Below are positions 45,498 through 54,363 of a stretch of 64,000 nucleotides of DNA, piece by piece (the stretch's first letter is position 1; each line of letters opens with the position of its first letter). Under the pieces are notes generated by a model. It was not told where the DNA came from, did no database searches, and worked only from the letters and a program-made list of their open reading frames with translations. The stretch is taken from the NCBI GenBank assembly GCA_964510785.1, contig CAZECM010000012.1, positions 59 through 64,058 of the forward strand, given 5' to 3'. Source of the DNA: an uncultured Cellulomonadaceae bacterium. GTDB taxonomy: Bacteria; Actinomycetota; Actinomycetes; Actinomycetales; Cellulomonadaceae. The position numbers and the translations under genes are program-made.

Positions 45498-47021
45498 ATG
45501 GAGACACGACGCGCGGTCGTGACCGCGGCACTGGCGGCACTGGTCTTCGGCGGGATCACCGCACTTCCTGCGGCGCACGGTGCCACCGTGGCACAAGACC
45601 GGGCGGCGCCCGCGGCGACGGCGCCCGCGCCACTGACGTTCGAGCACGTCACGTCGTGGGGCGGCACGGGGTCGGGCTTCGGGAAGCACCTGAATCCGCG
45701 CGGTCTCGACTTCTACGACGGTACGTACTACGTCACTGACTCGGGCAGCCACACGCTCGAGACCGAGCAGAGCGGCTCCGGATCCATCTGGAACGCCACC
45801 GAGACGCCTTCGACCGGGCTGGGCGGGTTCGACCTGCCGTACGACGTCGCCGTCGCCAACGACGAGATCCTCTACGTCGCGGACGCCGGGAACAACAGGG
45901 TCCAGCGTCTGGAGCGCTTCACCTGGACCTCGTGGGGATCGTTCGGAACGGCGACGGGGCGGTTCAACTTCCCGATCGCGCTCGACGTCGCACCCGGTGG
46001 TCACGTCTACGTCGCGGACTGGGGCAACAACCGGGTGCAGGAGCTCACGGCCTCCGGTACGTTCGTGCGCTCGTGGGGCGGTTCTGGTGACGGCCCGGGA
46101 CAGTACCGGGACCTCGTCGGGATCGCGGTGGCGCCCGACGGGTCGGTCTACACCACGGACAACATCCTGAACCGCGTCACGAAGTTCACCGCCCTAGGTG
46201 CCTACGTGCGGCACTGGAACAACGGCGGCTCGTCTCCCACGACCGGGGCGCGCAGCGTCGACGTGGCGCCGGACGGCACCGTCTACGTCACCGACGGGAC
46301 CGCGGACGTGGTCAACGCCTACTCCCCGTCCGGTGTGCTCCTCGGCACCCTGGGTGCGGGCCTGCTCTCCGACCCGTGGGGCGTCGACGTCGGCGTCGAC
46401 GGGTACGTGCGGGTGACCGACCTGACGCTCGACACCGTCGAGACGTACCGTCCGGTGCTCGCGGCCAGCGCGGCGCCGACGGTCTCGGGCACGGCGAAGG
46501 TCGGCAAGACGTTGCGGACCACGAAGGGGGCCTGGCCGGTGCCCGACGTCGTGGTCGCCTACCAGTGGTTGCGTGGCGGCAAGGCGATCAAGGGCGCGAC
46601 GGGCGTGACCTACAAGCTCGAGGCGGCCGACGCCGGGCAACGGGTGACCGTGCGCGTCACGGCGACTCGTGCGGACTACCCCGCGGCCTCCTCGGCGACG
46701 TCGAAGGCCGTCAAGGTCGCGAAGATCGCGCCGAAGGTGAGTACGAAGCTCGTCAAGAAGTCCGTCAAGGTCGGCGCCAAGGCGAAGCTGAAGGTCACCG
46801 TCACGGTCAAGGGGGTCGCCAAGCCGACGGGCAAGCTGCGGATCTACGACGGCAAGAAGCGGATCAAGACGGTGTCGCTCAAGGCGAAGGGCAAGGGCAA
46901 GGTCGTCGTCGTGCTGCCGCGGCTCAAGGCGGGCAAGCACAAGGTCAAGGTCACCTACCTGGGCACGACGCAGATCGCCAAGAAGTCGAGCGCCGCCAAG
47001 ACCCTCACCGTCAAGCGCTGA
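45498..47021 (+). CDS. Secreted NHL-repeat beta-propeller protein with C-terminal Ig-like domains (paralogue 1)
   Basis: Start METRRAVV (ATG 45498) with a signal peptide. Repeated YVADxGNNRVQ NHL blades, a SGTAKVGKTL...YQWLRGG module, and a Lys-rich Big_3-type module ending TLTVKR. Confidence 0.8.
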   Translation: METRRAVVTAALAALVFGGITALPAAHGATVAQDRAAPAATAPAPLTFEHVTSWGGTGSGFGKHLNPRGLDFYDGTYYVTDSGSHTLETEQSGSGSIWNATETPSTGLGGFDLPYDVAVANDEILYVADAGNNRVQRLERFTWTSWGSFGTATGRFNFPIALDVAPGGHVYVADWGNNRVQELTASGTFVRSWGGSGDGPGQYRDLVGIAVAPDGSVYTTDNILNRVTKFTALGAYVRHWNNGGSSPTTGARSVDVAPDGTVYVTDGTADVVNAYSPSGVLLGTLGAGLLSDPWGVDVGVDGYVRVTDLTLDTVETYRPVLAASAAPTVSGTAKVGKTLRTTKGAWPVPDVVVAYQWLRGGKAIKGATGVTYKLEAADAGQRVTVRVTATRADYPAASSATSKAVKVAKIAPKVSTKLVKKSVKVGAKAKLKVTVTVKGVAKPTGKLRIYDGKKRIKTVSLKAKGKGKVVVVLPRLKAGKHKVKVTYLGTTQIAKKSSAAKTLTVKR

Positions 47022-47038
47022 GCGGGCACAATGCCGGG

Positions 47039-47704
47039 ATGGACGAAACGACCGGCGTGCGGGACGAGCACGGCGAGGAGGTCGGCGTCGGCCCGTGGCC
47101 CGGGGGCGAGGCGGCGTGGCCCGACGACGAGCACCTCGACCCCGAGCTGCTCGCGCACGGCGACCGCCGCAACGTCGTCGACCGCTACCGGTACTGGACG
47201 CTCGAAGCGATCGTCGCGGACCTCGACACCCGGCGCCACCCCTTCCACGTCGCGATCGAGAACTGGGGTCACGACTTCAACATCGGTTCCGTGGTGCGCA
47301 CCGCGAACGCGTTCGCTGCGGCCGGCGTGCACATCGTGGGGCGGCGGCGCTGGAACCGGCGCGGCGCGATGGTCACGGACCGCTACCAGCACGTGCGGCA
47401 CCACGCGGGCGTCGCGGACCTCGTGGCGTGGGCGGCCACGGCGGGGGCCGACGGCGGGGCGCTGCCCGTGATCGGCATCGACAACCTGCCCGGGTCCGTA
47501 CCCATCGAGGGCTACCCCGTGCCGCGGGAGTGCGTGCTCGTGTTCGGACAGGAAGGCCCCGGGCTCTCGGAGGCGGTGCGCGCGGCGGCCGGCGTCGTGC
47601 TCCACATCTCCCAGTTCGGCTCGACGCGATCCATCAACGCCGGCGCGGCCGCGGCCATCGCGATGCACACGTGGGTCGCCCAGCACGCTGAGCTGCCGCG
47701 CTGA
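47039..47704 (+). CDS. TrmH/SpoU family RNA 2'-O-methyltransferase
   Basis: NIGSVVRTANAFA, VFGQEGPGLS and GSTRSINAGAAAAIAM are SPOUT motifs. ATG 47039 lies 17 nt after the upstream stop. Confidence 0.8.
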   Translation: MDETTGVRDEHGEEVGVGPWPGGEAAWPDDEHLDPELLAHGDRRNVVDRYRYWTLEAIVADLDTRRHPFHVAIENWGHDFNIGSVVRTANAFAAAGVHIVGRRRWNRRGAMVTDRYQHVRHHAGVADLVAWAATAGADGGALPVIGIDNLPGSVPIEGYPVPRECVLVFGQEGPGLSEAVRAAAGVVLHISQFGSTRSINAGAAAAIAMHTWVAQHAELPR

Positions 47705-47786
47705 CACCGGGTTCCACGAAACAGACGAACCGGGACCGCAGAGCCCGGGCGCACGGTGCGGGCCGACGCCGGGGTGTGGCCCACGG

Positions 47787-47926
47787 GCTGCCCGCTGAGG
47801 CACCGCCGCTGGCGATCGTGATCGACGACGTGCACCTGTTGTCCGATGGTCCGGCTGCCGAGGATCTGGCGCAGCTGCATCGGTGTCTGCCGCCGTCGTG
47901 GCGGCTGGTGGTCAGCGGCCGGTCGC
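47787..47926 (+). pseudogene. Orphan 140-bp fragment of the LAL regulator gene (copy of 50527-50666)
   Basis: 139/140 identical by manual alignment (mismatch at 47885). Encodes LPAEAPPLAIVIDDVHLLSDGPAAEDLAQLHRCLPPSWRLVVSGRS with no start context and no similarity beyond either edge. Confidence 0.75.
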
Positions 47927-47942
47927 GAAGGCCAGCACGCGG

Positions 47943-48614
47943 TCAGGGCTCGCCGGGACTCACCAGGCCGTGCTCGTAGGCGTAGACGACGGCCTGGACG
48001 CGGTCGCGCAGGCCCAGCTTCATGAGCACGTTCGACACGTACGTCTTGATCGTCGCCTCGCCGAGGATCATCGCCCGGGCGATCTCGGCGTTGGTCAGCC
48101 CAGCCGCCAGGTGGCCGAGCACCTCCTGCTCACGGTGGGTCAGCTCGGACAGCGCCTCGTCGGTGCTCAGTGGGCGGTGGCGGGCGAACTCGGCGATCAC
48201 CCGCCGGGTCACGGCCGGCGCCAGCAGGGCGTCGCCGCGGGCGACGATGCGGATGGCCGCGACCAGCTCCTCGGGCGGGGCGTTCTTCAGGAGGAACCCG
48301 GACGCACCGGCGCGCAGCGCCTCGAACACGTACTCGTCGCGGTCGAAGGTGGTGAGCACGATGATCGCCGGCGCGCCCGGCCGGGCCAGTACCTCCCGCG
48401 TCGCCGCGAGCCCGTCGAGCACGGGCATCTGGATGTCCATCAGCACGACATCGGGCGCCGCCCGGCCCACGAGGTCGATGGCCTCGCGCCCGTCGCCCGC
48501 CTCGCCCACGACGGTGAGGTCGTCCTCGGCGTCCATGATCAGCCGCAGGCCGCTGCGCATGAGGGCCTGGTCGTCGACGATGGCGACGCGTACCGCCGGG
48601 CCGGAGGTCGTCAC
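47943..48614 (-). CDS. NarL/FixJ-type response regulator (REC + LuxR HTH)
   Basis: VAIVDDQ, DVVLMDIQMP and LTHREQEVLGHLAAGLTNAEIA motifs. Confidence 0.9.
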   Translation of the reverse strand: MTTSGPAVRVAIVDDQALMRSGLRLIMDAEDDLTVVGEAGDGREAIDLVGRAAPDVVLMDIQMPVLDGLAATREVLARPGAPAIIVLTTFDRDEYVFEALRAGASGFLLKNAPPEELVAAIRIVARGDALLAPAVTRRVIAEFARHRPLSTDEALSELTHREQEVLGHLAAGLTNAEIARAMILGEATIKTYVSNVLMKLGLRDRVQAVVYAYEHGLVSPGEP

Positions 48615-49855
48615 GATCCGGCCCTGCCCCGGGCTGGGAAGGTGGCGTGGACCCGGTAGCCGCCCGCGGGCTGCGGGCCGGTCTCGAGCCGGCCGGAGTG
48701 CAGGGCGACGCGCTCGCGCATCCCGGCGAGGCCGTGGCCACTGCCGTTGGTGCCGGGCGGCGCGATGCCGACGCCGTCGTCGACGACCTCGATCTCGACG
48801 GCGTCGGCGCGGTAGTGGACCACCACCTCGACGCGGCGAGCACGGGCATGCTTGATCGTGTTCGTCAGCGCCTCCTGGGCCACCCGGTACACGGAGAGCC
48901 CGACGCTGTCGGCCAGCGGCACCGGCTCGCCGTCGACCCGCCAGCGCACGTCGAGGCCGGTCGCCCGGGTGTCCTCGATCAGGCGCTCCAGCCTGTCCAC
49001 GCCCGGCACCGGTTCCAGCGACTCGTCCTCACCCGAGCGGAGGAGGCCCACGAGCCGCCGCAGCTCGTCGACCGCCTGGCGGGACGAGGACTCCACCGTC
49101 GTCAGGGCGGTGGCGGCTCGGTCGGGGTCGCGGACGAGCGTCCGCCGGGCCGCGCCGGCTTGCACGCCCATCACCGACACGTGGTGGGCGATGACGTCGT
49201 GCAGCTCGCGAGCGATGCGCAACCGCTCGTCGACCACGGCCCGGCGGGCGTTGAGCTCGCGCTCTACCTCGAGCTGGGCGGTGCGCTCCTCCAGGTCCCG
49301 CTCCCGGTCGTGCCGGCGGCGCAGGGCGTCGCCGAGCAGCCACGCGGCGAGGAAGAAGAAGATGTTGTAGGCGACGGTGAACACCAGGTTCCAGCGGAAG
49401 ATCCGCGCGTACTCCTCGGGGACCTCCTGGATGGCGAGCGACCAGGCGAGGACGAGACCGAGGAAGGCGAGGACGGCACCGCGGGCGGCGTCGCGGCGAG
49501 GGCCGCCGTCGCGGCCGGCGAACACGACCACGAGGAATATGACGACGGCGGACACGGTGTATTCGGGCACGAGCCAGACGCGGTAGCCGGCGAAGACCAC
49601 CCCGACGACGAACAGCGTGGCTAGGGGGAAGCGGCGGCGGGCGCCGAACGGCACGACGAGCACGACGGTCCAGGCGACGGCCAGCCAGTAGGGGATCGCG
49701 TGGGCGAGCCCGGCCAACTCGTCGGCGCGCATCCGCAGGAGAAGGCTGGTGATGCCGGTGGCGAGCAGCAGGGTGACCTCGCCGATCGCCGCCGCTCCCG
49801 GGTGTTCGCGCGACCACCGACGTCCTCGTGTCCACATCGCGGGGAGCCCGGTCAT
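48611..49855 (-). CDS. HisKA_3-type sensor histidine kinase (DesK/LiaS-like)
   Basis: Five to six N-terminal TM helices, RIARELHDVIAHHVS H-box, HATPase N and G boxes. ATG 49855 chosen as start; stop overlaps the RR start. Confidence 0.85.
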   Translation of the reverse strand: MTGLPAMWTRGRRWSREHPGAAAIGEVTLLLATGITSLLLRMRADELAGLAHAIPYWLAVAWTVVLVVPFGARRRFPLATLFVVGVVFAGYRVWLVPEYTVSAVVIFLVVVFAGRDGGPRRDAARGAVLAFLGLVLAWSLAIQEVPEEYARIFRWNLVFTVAYNIFFFLAAWLLGDALRRRHDRERDLEERTAQLEVERELNARRAVVDERLRIARELHDVIAHHVSVMGVQAGAARRTLVRDPDRAATALTTVESSSRQAVDELRRLVGLLRSGEDESLEPVPGVDRLERLIEDTRATGLDVRWRVDGEPVPLADSVGLSVYRVAQEALTNTIKHARARRVEVVVHYRADAVEIEVVDDGVGIAPPGTNGSGHGLAGMRERVALHSGRLETGPQPAGGYRVHATFPARGRAGS

Positions 49856-49965
49856 GGGTTGCACGGTAGCGAACGCCCGCCGGGCGCCACATCCGCCGAG
49901 CGGAGGAAGCCAGTTCATCTCGCGGGTGGTACCGCGCCGGGGGGAGACGCGGTTCGATCGGGCTC

Positions 49966-50059
49966 ATGTTGGAGATCCTCGACCTGCACCGGCGCTTCGG
50001 CGACGTGGTCGCGCTCGACGGGGTGACGTTCGGCGTCGCCCCGGGCGACGTCGTCGGCG
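49966..50059 (+). pseudogene. 5' remnant (~31 codons) of an ABC transporter ATP-binding protein gene
   Basis: MLEILDLHRRFGDVVALDGVTFGVAPGDVVG is a typical ABC NBD N-terminus. Similarity stops exactly where Walker A (GxxGxGK[ST]) should follow. Confidence 0.6.
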
Positions 50060-50147
50060 CCTTCGCCGTCGTCGGCACGGTGGCCTGTCTCGTTCATGGG
50101 GGTTCGCGCTCGTCGGCCATGAAGTCCACTTCCGGGGCGAGGGTTGC

Positions 50148-52757
50148 GTGACGCGCCTGCCGTCGGATCAGTCGCACAGTGCCGGGTTCCGGCGTGGCGC
50201 CGTTGCTGGCGTGGGAGCGGTGGTTCGCGGTCGGCTGATCGAGTTGGTCGATCGTGTCGATGATGCGCAGACGGTGGCGATCACGGCGCCGCCGGGGTGG
50301 GGGAAGAGTGAGCTGCTGGCGACGTGGGCGGAGCATCGCCGGTCGTCGATGGCGATGGCGTGGGTGGCGCTCGAGGCGGGGGACGACTCGCCGGTTCGCT
50401 TCTGGCGACGTTTCCTCGCCGCGGTCCGGGACTCGTCCTGGGATCAGCGTGGGGTCCTCGAGACGGTTGGTGTCGGTCCCGATGTCGAAGGTGAGCGAGG
50501 CCACGTCGTTCGAGCGATCTTGGATCGGCTGCCCGCTGAGGCACCGCCGCTGGCGATCGTGATCGACGACGTGCACCTGTTGTCCGATGGTCCGGCTGCC
50601 GAGGATCTGGCGCAGCTGCATCGGTATCTGCCGCCGTCGTGGCGGCTGGTGGTCAGCGGCCGGTCGCTGCCCTTGCCGATGACGAGGCTACGTGTCGCTG
50701 GGCACATCACCTCGATCACCTGGTCCGAGTTGGCGTTCGACGATGCCGAGGCCGGCGTGCTCCTCGAGCAGGCGGGGTGCCCGTCGTTGTCGCCGCTCGA
50801 TCTCGCGGACCTGGTGGCCTGCACCGAGGGGTGGGCAGCGGGCTTGCGGCTTTCGGCTATACCGCTGTCGCAGGGCGCTGACGTCGCTGCGGTGCTGGCC
50901 GGTGTCCGGGCAGGGCAGCACGACATCGAGCGCTACTTCTACGAGGAACTGATCGGCGCTCTGCCGAAGGATGTGGTCGGGTTCCTTCTCGACACGTCGG
51001 TGGCTTCGACGATCGACGGGCCGCTGGCCGCGCACTTGAGTGGTCGCACTGATGCGTCGGCGTTGTTGCGGTCGCTCGCTGCATCCGGCGTGTTCACCGC
51101 GTCTGATCGGTTCGCCGCTGGCTCGTACCGCTATCACCCGTTGTTGGCCGAGTCGCTGCAACGGCACCTGTCGGAGACCGCGCCCGAGCGCGGCATCGAA
51201 CTCCATCGCATGGCGGCCTCCTGGCACAGAGACCGCGAAGAACACGACCTCGCCTATCGTCACGCCGTGCAGTCTCAGGATTGGTCGCTGTGCGTGGAGT
51301 TGTTGGACGACTTGTGGATCCCGTTGTTCGTCGGGGGGGAACTGCATCGACTCGGCGAACTGCTCCTGGCACTTCCCGTTCAGATGCTGCGCGACGACGC
51401 CGCGTTGCGAGCGCTCCGAACCTTGCTGTTGTTGGACCGGTCCGATGCCGCGCTGATCGTCGAACAGACACGAGTGGCCGACACGTCAAGCAGAGCGGAG
51501 CTCGTGCTCGCGGTGGAGGCGTCGCGACGCGCCGGCCGCCTCGACGTCGCCCGCACAGCCGCCAGCCGAGTCTTCGCCGGACTTCCGGGGACGAACAGAT
51601 CAAGCGCGGCATTGCGCGCTTACGTGTTGTTGAGCCTCGGGGTGTCGGAGTATTGGGCCGATGATCGACCGTCAGCGGAGCGGAATCTCCGCGACGCTCT
51701 GGCCGAGACCGAGCGCGAGGGCCTGGATTGTCTGCGACTCGGCTGCTTGAGCCAGCTGGTGGGGGTCCTGACTGCGCAGAACCGCGTCAACGAGGCTGCC
51801 GATTTGGCAGAGAGTGCCGTGGCTCTGGCTGCCGAGCGGGGATGGGAGTTGTCCGGTTGGGCGGCGGTGCTCTGGCACGTGCTCGGCTGGATCAGTTACC
51901 TGCGCTGTGATCTCGATGCCGCTGAGGAGTATCTCGATCGCGCCGAGCGATCGCTCTGGTACCGCGACGCCGTTGTCGGGGCCATGGTTCCAACGGTCGC
52001 TGCGCATGTGTCGAGTTTGCGCGGCCGCGAGGCACAGGCAGTGGCGACACTCGAGCTGGCCGATGCTCGACTGACCGCCGACCGCGACAGCTACGTCTTC
52101 ATGGACTACATCGACGGCGAGAAGGCACGCCAGGCCGTGCGCGCCGGCGAGTTGCACCGTGCCCGCACGCTCCTCGCGGGAGGACACGAGCATCGTTCGT
52201 TGCACCACTGCGTCGCGATGGCCGAGTTGCTCATCGCCGAGCACAGACCGGACGATGCCTGCCGGGTGCTGCGCCGTGGGCTCGAGCAGGCAGCCGGTTT
52301 CCTCGACCAGCGCCTGCACGCCATGGTCCTACTCGCCTCGGTCGAGCATGGAGCCCAGGCGCGGGCGACGCTGGTTCAAGCTCTCAAGCTAGCCGCCGGC
52401 GAGCGACTCGTCGTGCCCTTCTGTCAGGTGGGCGATCCGATCATGCCGATGATCGGCGAGATCGGCCGGTCGCATCGCTCGTTGCGGCCGTTCATCAACG
52501 AGATCCGCGTCAGATTCACCGCACTTCGCGTCGAGGCCGGACTCACACATGCTTCGCCCGGCCCCGACGAACTGACCCCCAGGGAACTCGAAACTCTCCG
52601 TCACTTGGATAGCCACGACACCATGGCCGAGGTGGCCGCCCGAATGCACGTCTCGATGAACACGCTCAAGGTCCACACCCGCCACGTGTACGAGAAGCTG
52701 GGCGTGAACTCACGTCGGGACGCGATCGCCGAGGCCGTTCGCCGGGGCCTCCTCTGA
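50148..52757 (+). CDS. LAL / MalT-like large ATP-binding LuxR-family regulator (~869 aa)
   Basis: GTG 50148 is the first plausible start in frame. Walker A APPGWGKS, Walker B VIDDVH, long helical-repeat region, C-terminal LuxR HTH LTPRELETLRHL...NTLKVHTRHVYEKLGV. Confidence 0.8.
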   Translation: MTRLPSDQSHSAGFRRGAVAGVGAVVRGRLIELVDRVDDAQTVAITAPPGWGKSELLATWAEHRRSSMAMAWVALEAGDDSPVRFWRRFLAAVRDSSWDQRGVLETVGVGPDVEGERGHVVRAILDRLPAEAPPLAIVIDDVHLLSDGPAAEDLAQLHRYLPPSWRLVVSGRSLPLPMTRLRVAGHITSITWSELAFDDAEAGVLLEQAGCPSLSPLDLADLVACTEGWAAGLRLSAIPLSQGADVAAVLAGVRAGQHDIERYFYEELIGALPKDVVGFLLDTSVASTIDGPLAAHLSGRTDASALLRSLAASGVFTASDRFAAGSYRYHPLLAESLQRHLSETAPERGIELHRMAASWHRDREEHDLAYRHAVQSQDWSLCVELLDDLWIPLFVGGELHRLGELLLALPVQMLRDDAALRALRTLLLLDRSDAALIVEQTRVADTSSRAELVLAVEASRRAGRLDVARTAASRVFAGLPGTNRSSAALRAYVLLSLGVSEYWADDRPSAERNLRDALAETEREGLDCLRLGCLSQLVGVLTAQNRVNEAADLAESAVALAAERGWELSGWAAVLWHVLGWISYLRCDLDAAEEYLDRAERSLWYRDAVVGAMVPTVAAHVSSLRGREAQAVATLELADARLTADRDSYVFMDYIDGEKARQAVRAGELHRARTLLAGGHEHRSLHHCVAMAELLIAEHRPDDACRVLRRGLEQAAGFLDQRLHAMVLLASVEHGAQARATLVQALKLAAGERLVVPFCQVGDPIMPMIGEIGRSHRSLRPFINEIRVRFTALRVEAGLTHASPGPDELTPRELETLRHLDSHDTMAEVAARMHVSMNTLKVHTRHVYEKLGVNSRRDAIAEAVRRGLL
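50527..50666 (+). repeat. Intragenic copy of the 140-bp direct repeat (partner at 47787-47926)
   Basis: See the pseudogene fragment above. The two copies are offset by 2740 nt. Confidence 0.8.
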
Positions 52758-52762
52758 TCGGG

Positions 52763-52865
52763 GCGCCGCGCAAGTAACCCGTCACGGGTGATCACCGTCA
52801 CGAGCGCGTAGCCAATGATGGCTCTCATGGCACCCGTCGAACACCGCACGAGAGTCGTGCGTGGG
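52763..52865 (+). repeat. Conserved leader element, copy 1 (block 1 52763-52844, block 2 52843-52865)
   Basis: Block 1 is 75/82 identical to 57086-57167 and contains CCGTCACG-GGTGATCA-CCGTCACG with the perfect palindrome GGTGATCACC. Block 2 (23 nt, identical) holds the hairpin CGCACGA-gag-TCGTGCG. Confidence 0.7.
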
Positions 52866-52988
52866 GCCTTCCCCCTTCTGGCCGGTCACGTTGGTTGCGC
52901 GGCCTGGTCGGCTTGGGGTTGACGGTACTGGTTCTTCCCCATCAAGTCTGGGGCGATGCAGGGTGACCGACGCGAGGGACAGGAGCTG

Positions 52989-54254
52989 ATGATGAGTAAC
53001 ACGGTCTTCCGCAATGTCCGGGTGTTCCCGGGCGAGGGCACGGCGCTGCTGCCCGCGAGCGACGTCAGGGTCGAGGGCTCGACGATCTCGTCGATCGTCG
53101 AGCACGACCCTGCCAGGGCTCCGGCCGACGGGGCGCTGCTCATCGAGGGTCGCGGTCGAACGTTGATGCCGGGCCTGATCGACGCCCACTGGCATGCGGC
53201 GTTCACGAGTCTCGACGCGTTCTCGACCCTGATCGCAGATCCCTACTACATCATCCTCGTCGCCGGCCAGCAGGCGACCGCCACGCTCATGCGCGGGTTC
53301 ACCACGGTGCGCGACTGCGGCGGCCCGACGTTCGGGTTGAAGAAGGCGATCGACGACGGCGTACTGTCAGGCCCGCGCATCTATCCCGCTGGGGCGATGA
53401 TCACCCAGACATCCGGACACGCCGACTTCCGGTTCCCCAACGATCTACCGCGGGACCCGTGCTGTGGCCTCGCTCAGATCGAGAAGGTCGGCGCGGCAGC
53501 AATCGCCGATGGCGCCGACAACGTCCTACGGGTCTGTCGCGAGCAACTGATGCTCGGAGCCTCGCACCTCAAGGTGATGGCCGGTGGCGGCGTTTCCTCG
53601 CCAGCCGACCCGCTCGACTCCACCCAATACACCGAACGCGAGCTGCGCGCCAGTGTCGAGGCGGCAGAGAACTGGGGCACCTACGTGGCGGTGCATGCCT
53701 ACACGCCACGCTCGACCCAGCAGGCCCTCCGGGCTGGTGTCAAGTCGATCGAGCACGGGCACCTTCTCGACCAGGAGACGGTCGAGAAGATCGCCGAAGC
53801 CGGCGCGTGGTGGTGCCTGCAACCGTTTCTCGACGACGAGGACGCCCCGCCCGTGCCGCCGAACTTGCGCGACAAGTTCCTCGAGGTGGTGGCCGGCACC
53901 GAGAACGCCTACCGGCTGGCGATCGAGAACGACGTCAAGGTGGCGTGGGGATCCGACGTCTTGTTCTCGGCCGACCTGGCTGCGAAGCAGGGCAAGCTGC
54001 TCACCAAGATGACGCGGTGGTACTCACCGGCCGAGGTGCTCACCATGGCCACGTCCACCAATGCCGAGCTGCTCGAGATGTCCGGACCTCGCAACCCGTA
54101 CCCGGGCGTGCTCGGGCGAGTGGTGCAAGGAGCGATCGCCGATCTGCTGCTCGTCGACGGCAACCCGATCACCGACATGGGCCTCCTCGCCGACCCGGCC
54201 ACCAACCTCAAGGTCATCATGAAGGACGGCGCTCTGGTCAAGAACGAATCGTGA
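52989..54254 (+). CDS. Amidohydrolase-superfamily metal-dependent hydrolase
   Basis: Start MMSNTVFRNVRVF after GGGACAGGAG. LIDAHWH (HxH), KVMAGGG (carboxylated Lys position), VAVHAY, IEHGH and WGSD metal ligands. Confidence 0.85.
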   Translation: MMSNTVFRNVRVFPGEGTALLPASDVRVEGSTISSIVEHDPARAPADGALLIEGRGRTLMPGLIDAHWHAAFTSLDAFSTLIADPYYIILVAGQQATATLMRGFTTVRDCGGPTFGLKKAIDDGVLSGPRIYPAGAMITQTSGHADFRFPNDLPRDPCCGLAQIEKVGAAAIADGADNVLRVCREQLMLGASHLKVMAGGGVSSPADPLDSTQYTERELRASVEAAENWGTYVAVHAYTPRSTQQALRAGVKSIEHGHLLDQETVEKIAEAGAWWCLQPFLDDEDAPPVPPNLRDKFLEVVAGTENAYRLAIENDVKVAWGSDVLFSADLAAKQGKLLTKMTRWYSPAEVLTMATSTNAELLEMSGPRNPYPGVLGRVVQGAIADLLLVDGNPITDMGLLADPATNLKVIMKDGALVKNES

Positions 54255-54363
54255 GCGGACGCCGTGCCATGGTGGAGAGGCCTCCTCGACGTCAGCGGAG
54301 GAAGAGGGCGAGGCTGGCTGCGACCGACGCGCGTGGTGACGGTTCACGGCATGACCCGGGACG

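Noticed and set aside
49749-50147. The 133-codon N-terminal extension of the LAL ORF (track start 49749).
   Set aside because: The extension runs antisense through the histidine-kinase 5' end and the ABC remnant, has no ATG/GTG with an RBS, and is low-complexity. GTG 50148 is the first plausible start, though the exact start remains uncertain.
50148-52757. The LAL protein as a STAND/Avs-like antiphage NTPase.
   Set aside because: It ends in a canonical LuxR-type HTH and has no nuclease, protease, TIR or other effector domain. The architecture is that of MalT/LAL transcription activators.
52763-52865. The leader element as a guanidine-II (mini-ykkC) riboswitch. It has ACGG/ACGA tetranucleotides, and a small exporter gene lies downstream of copy 2.
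   Set aside because: The ACGR motifs are not presented as loops of GC-rich hairpins; the flanking bases cannot pair. No match to the ykkC or guanidine-III consensus either.
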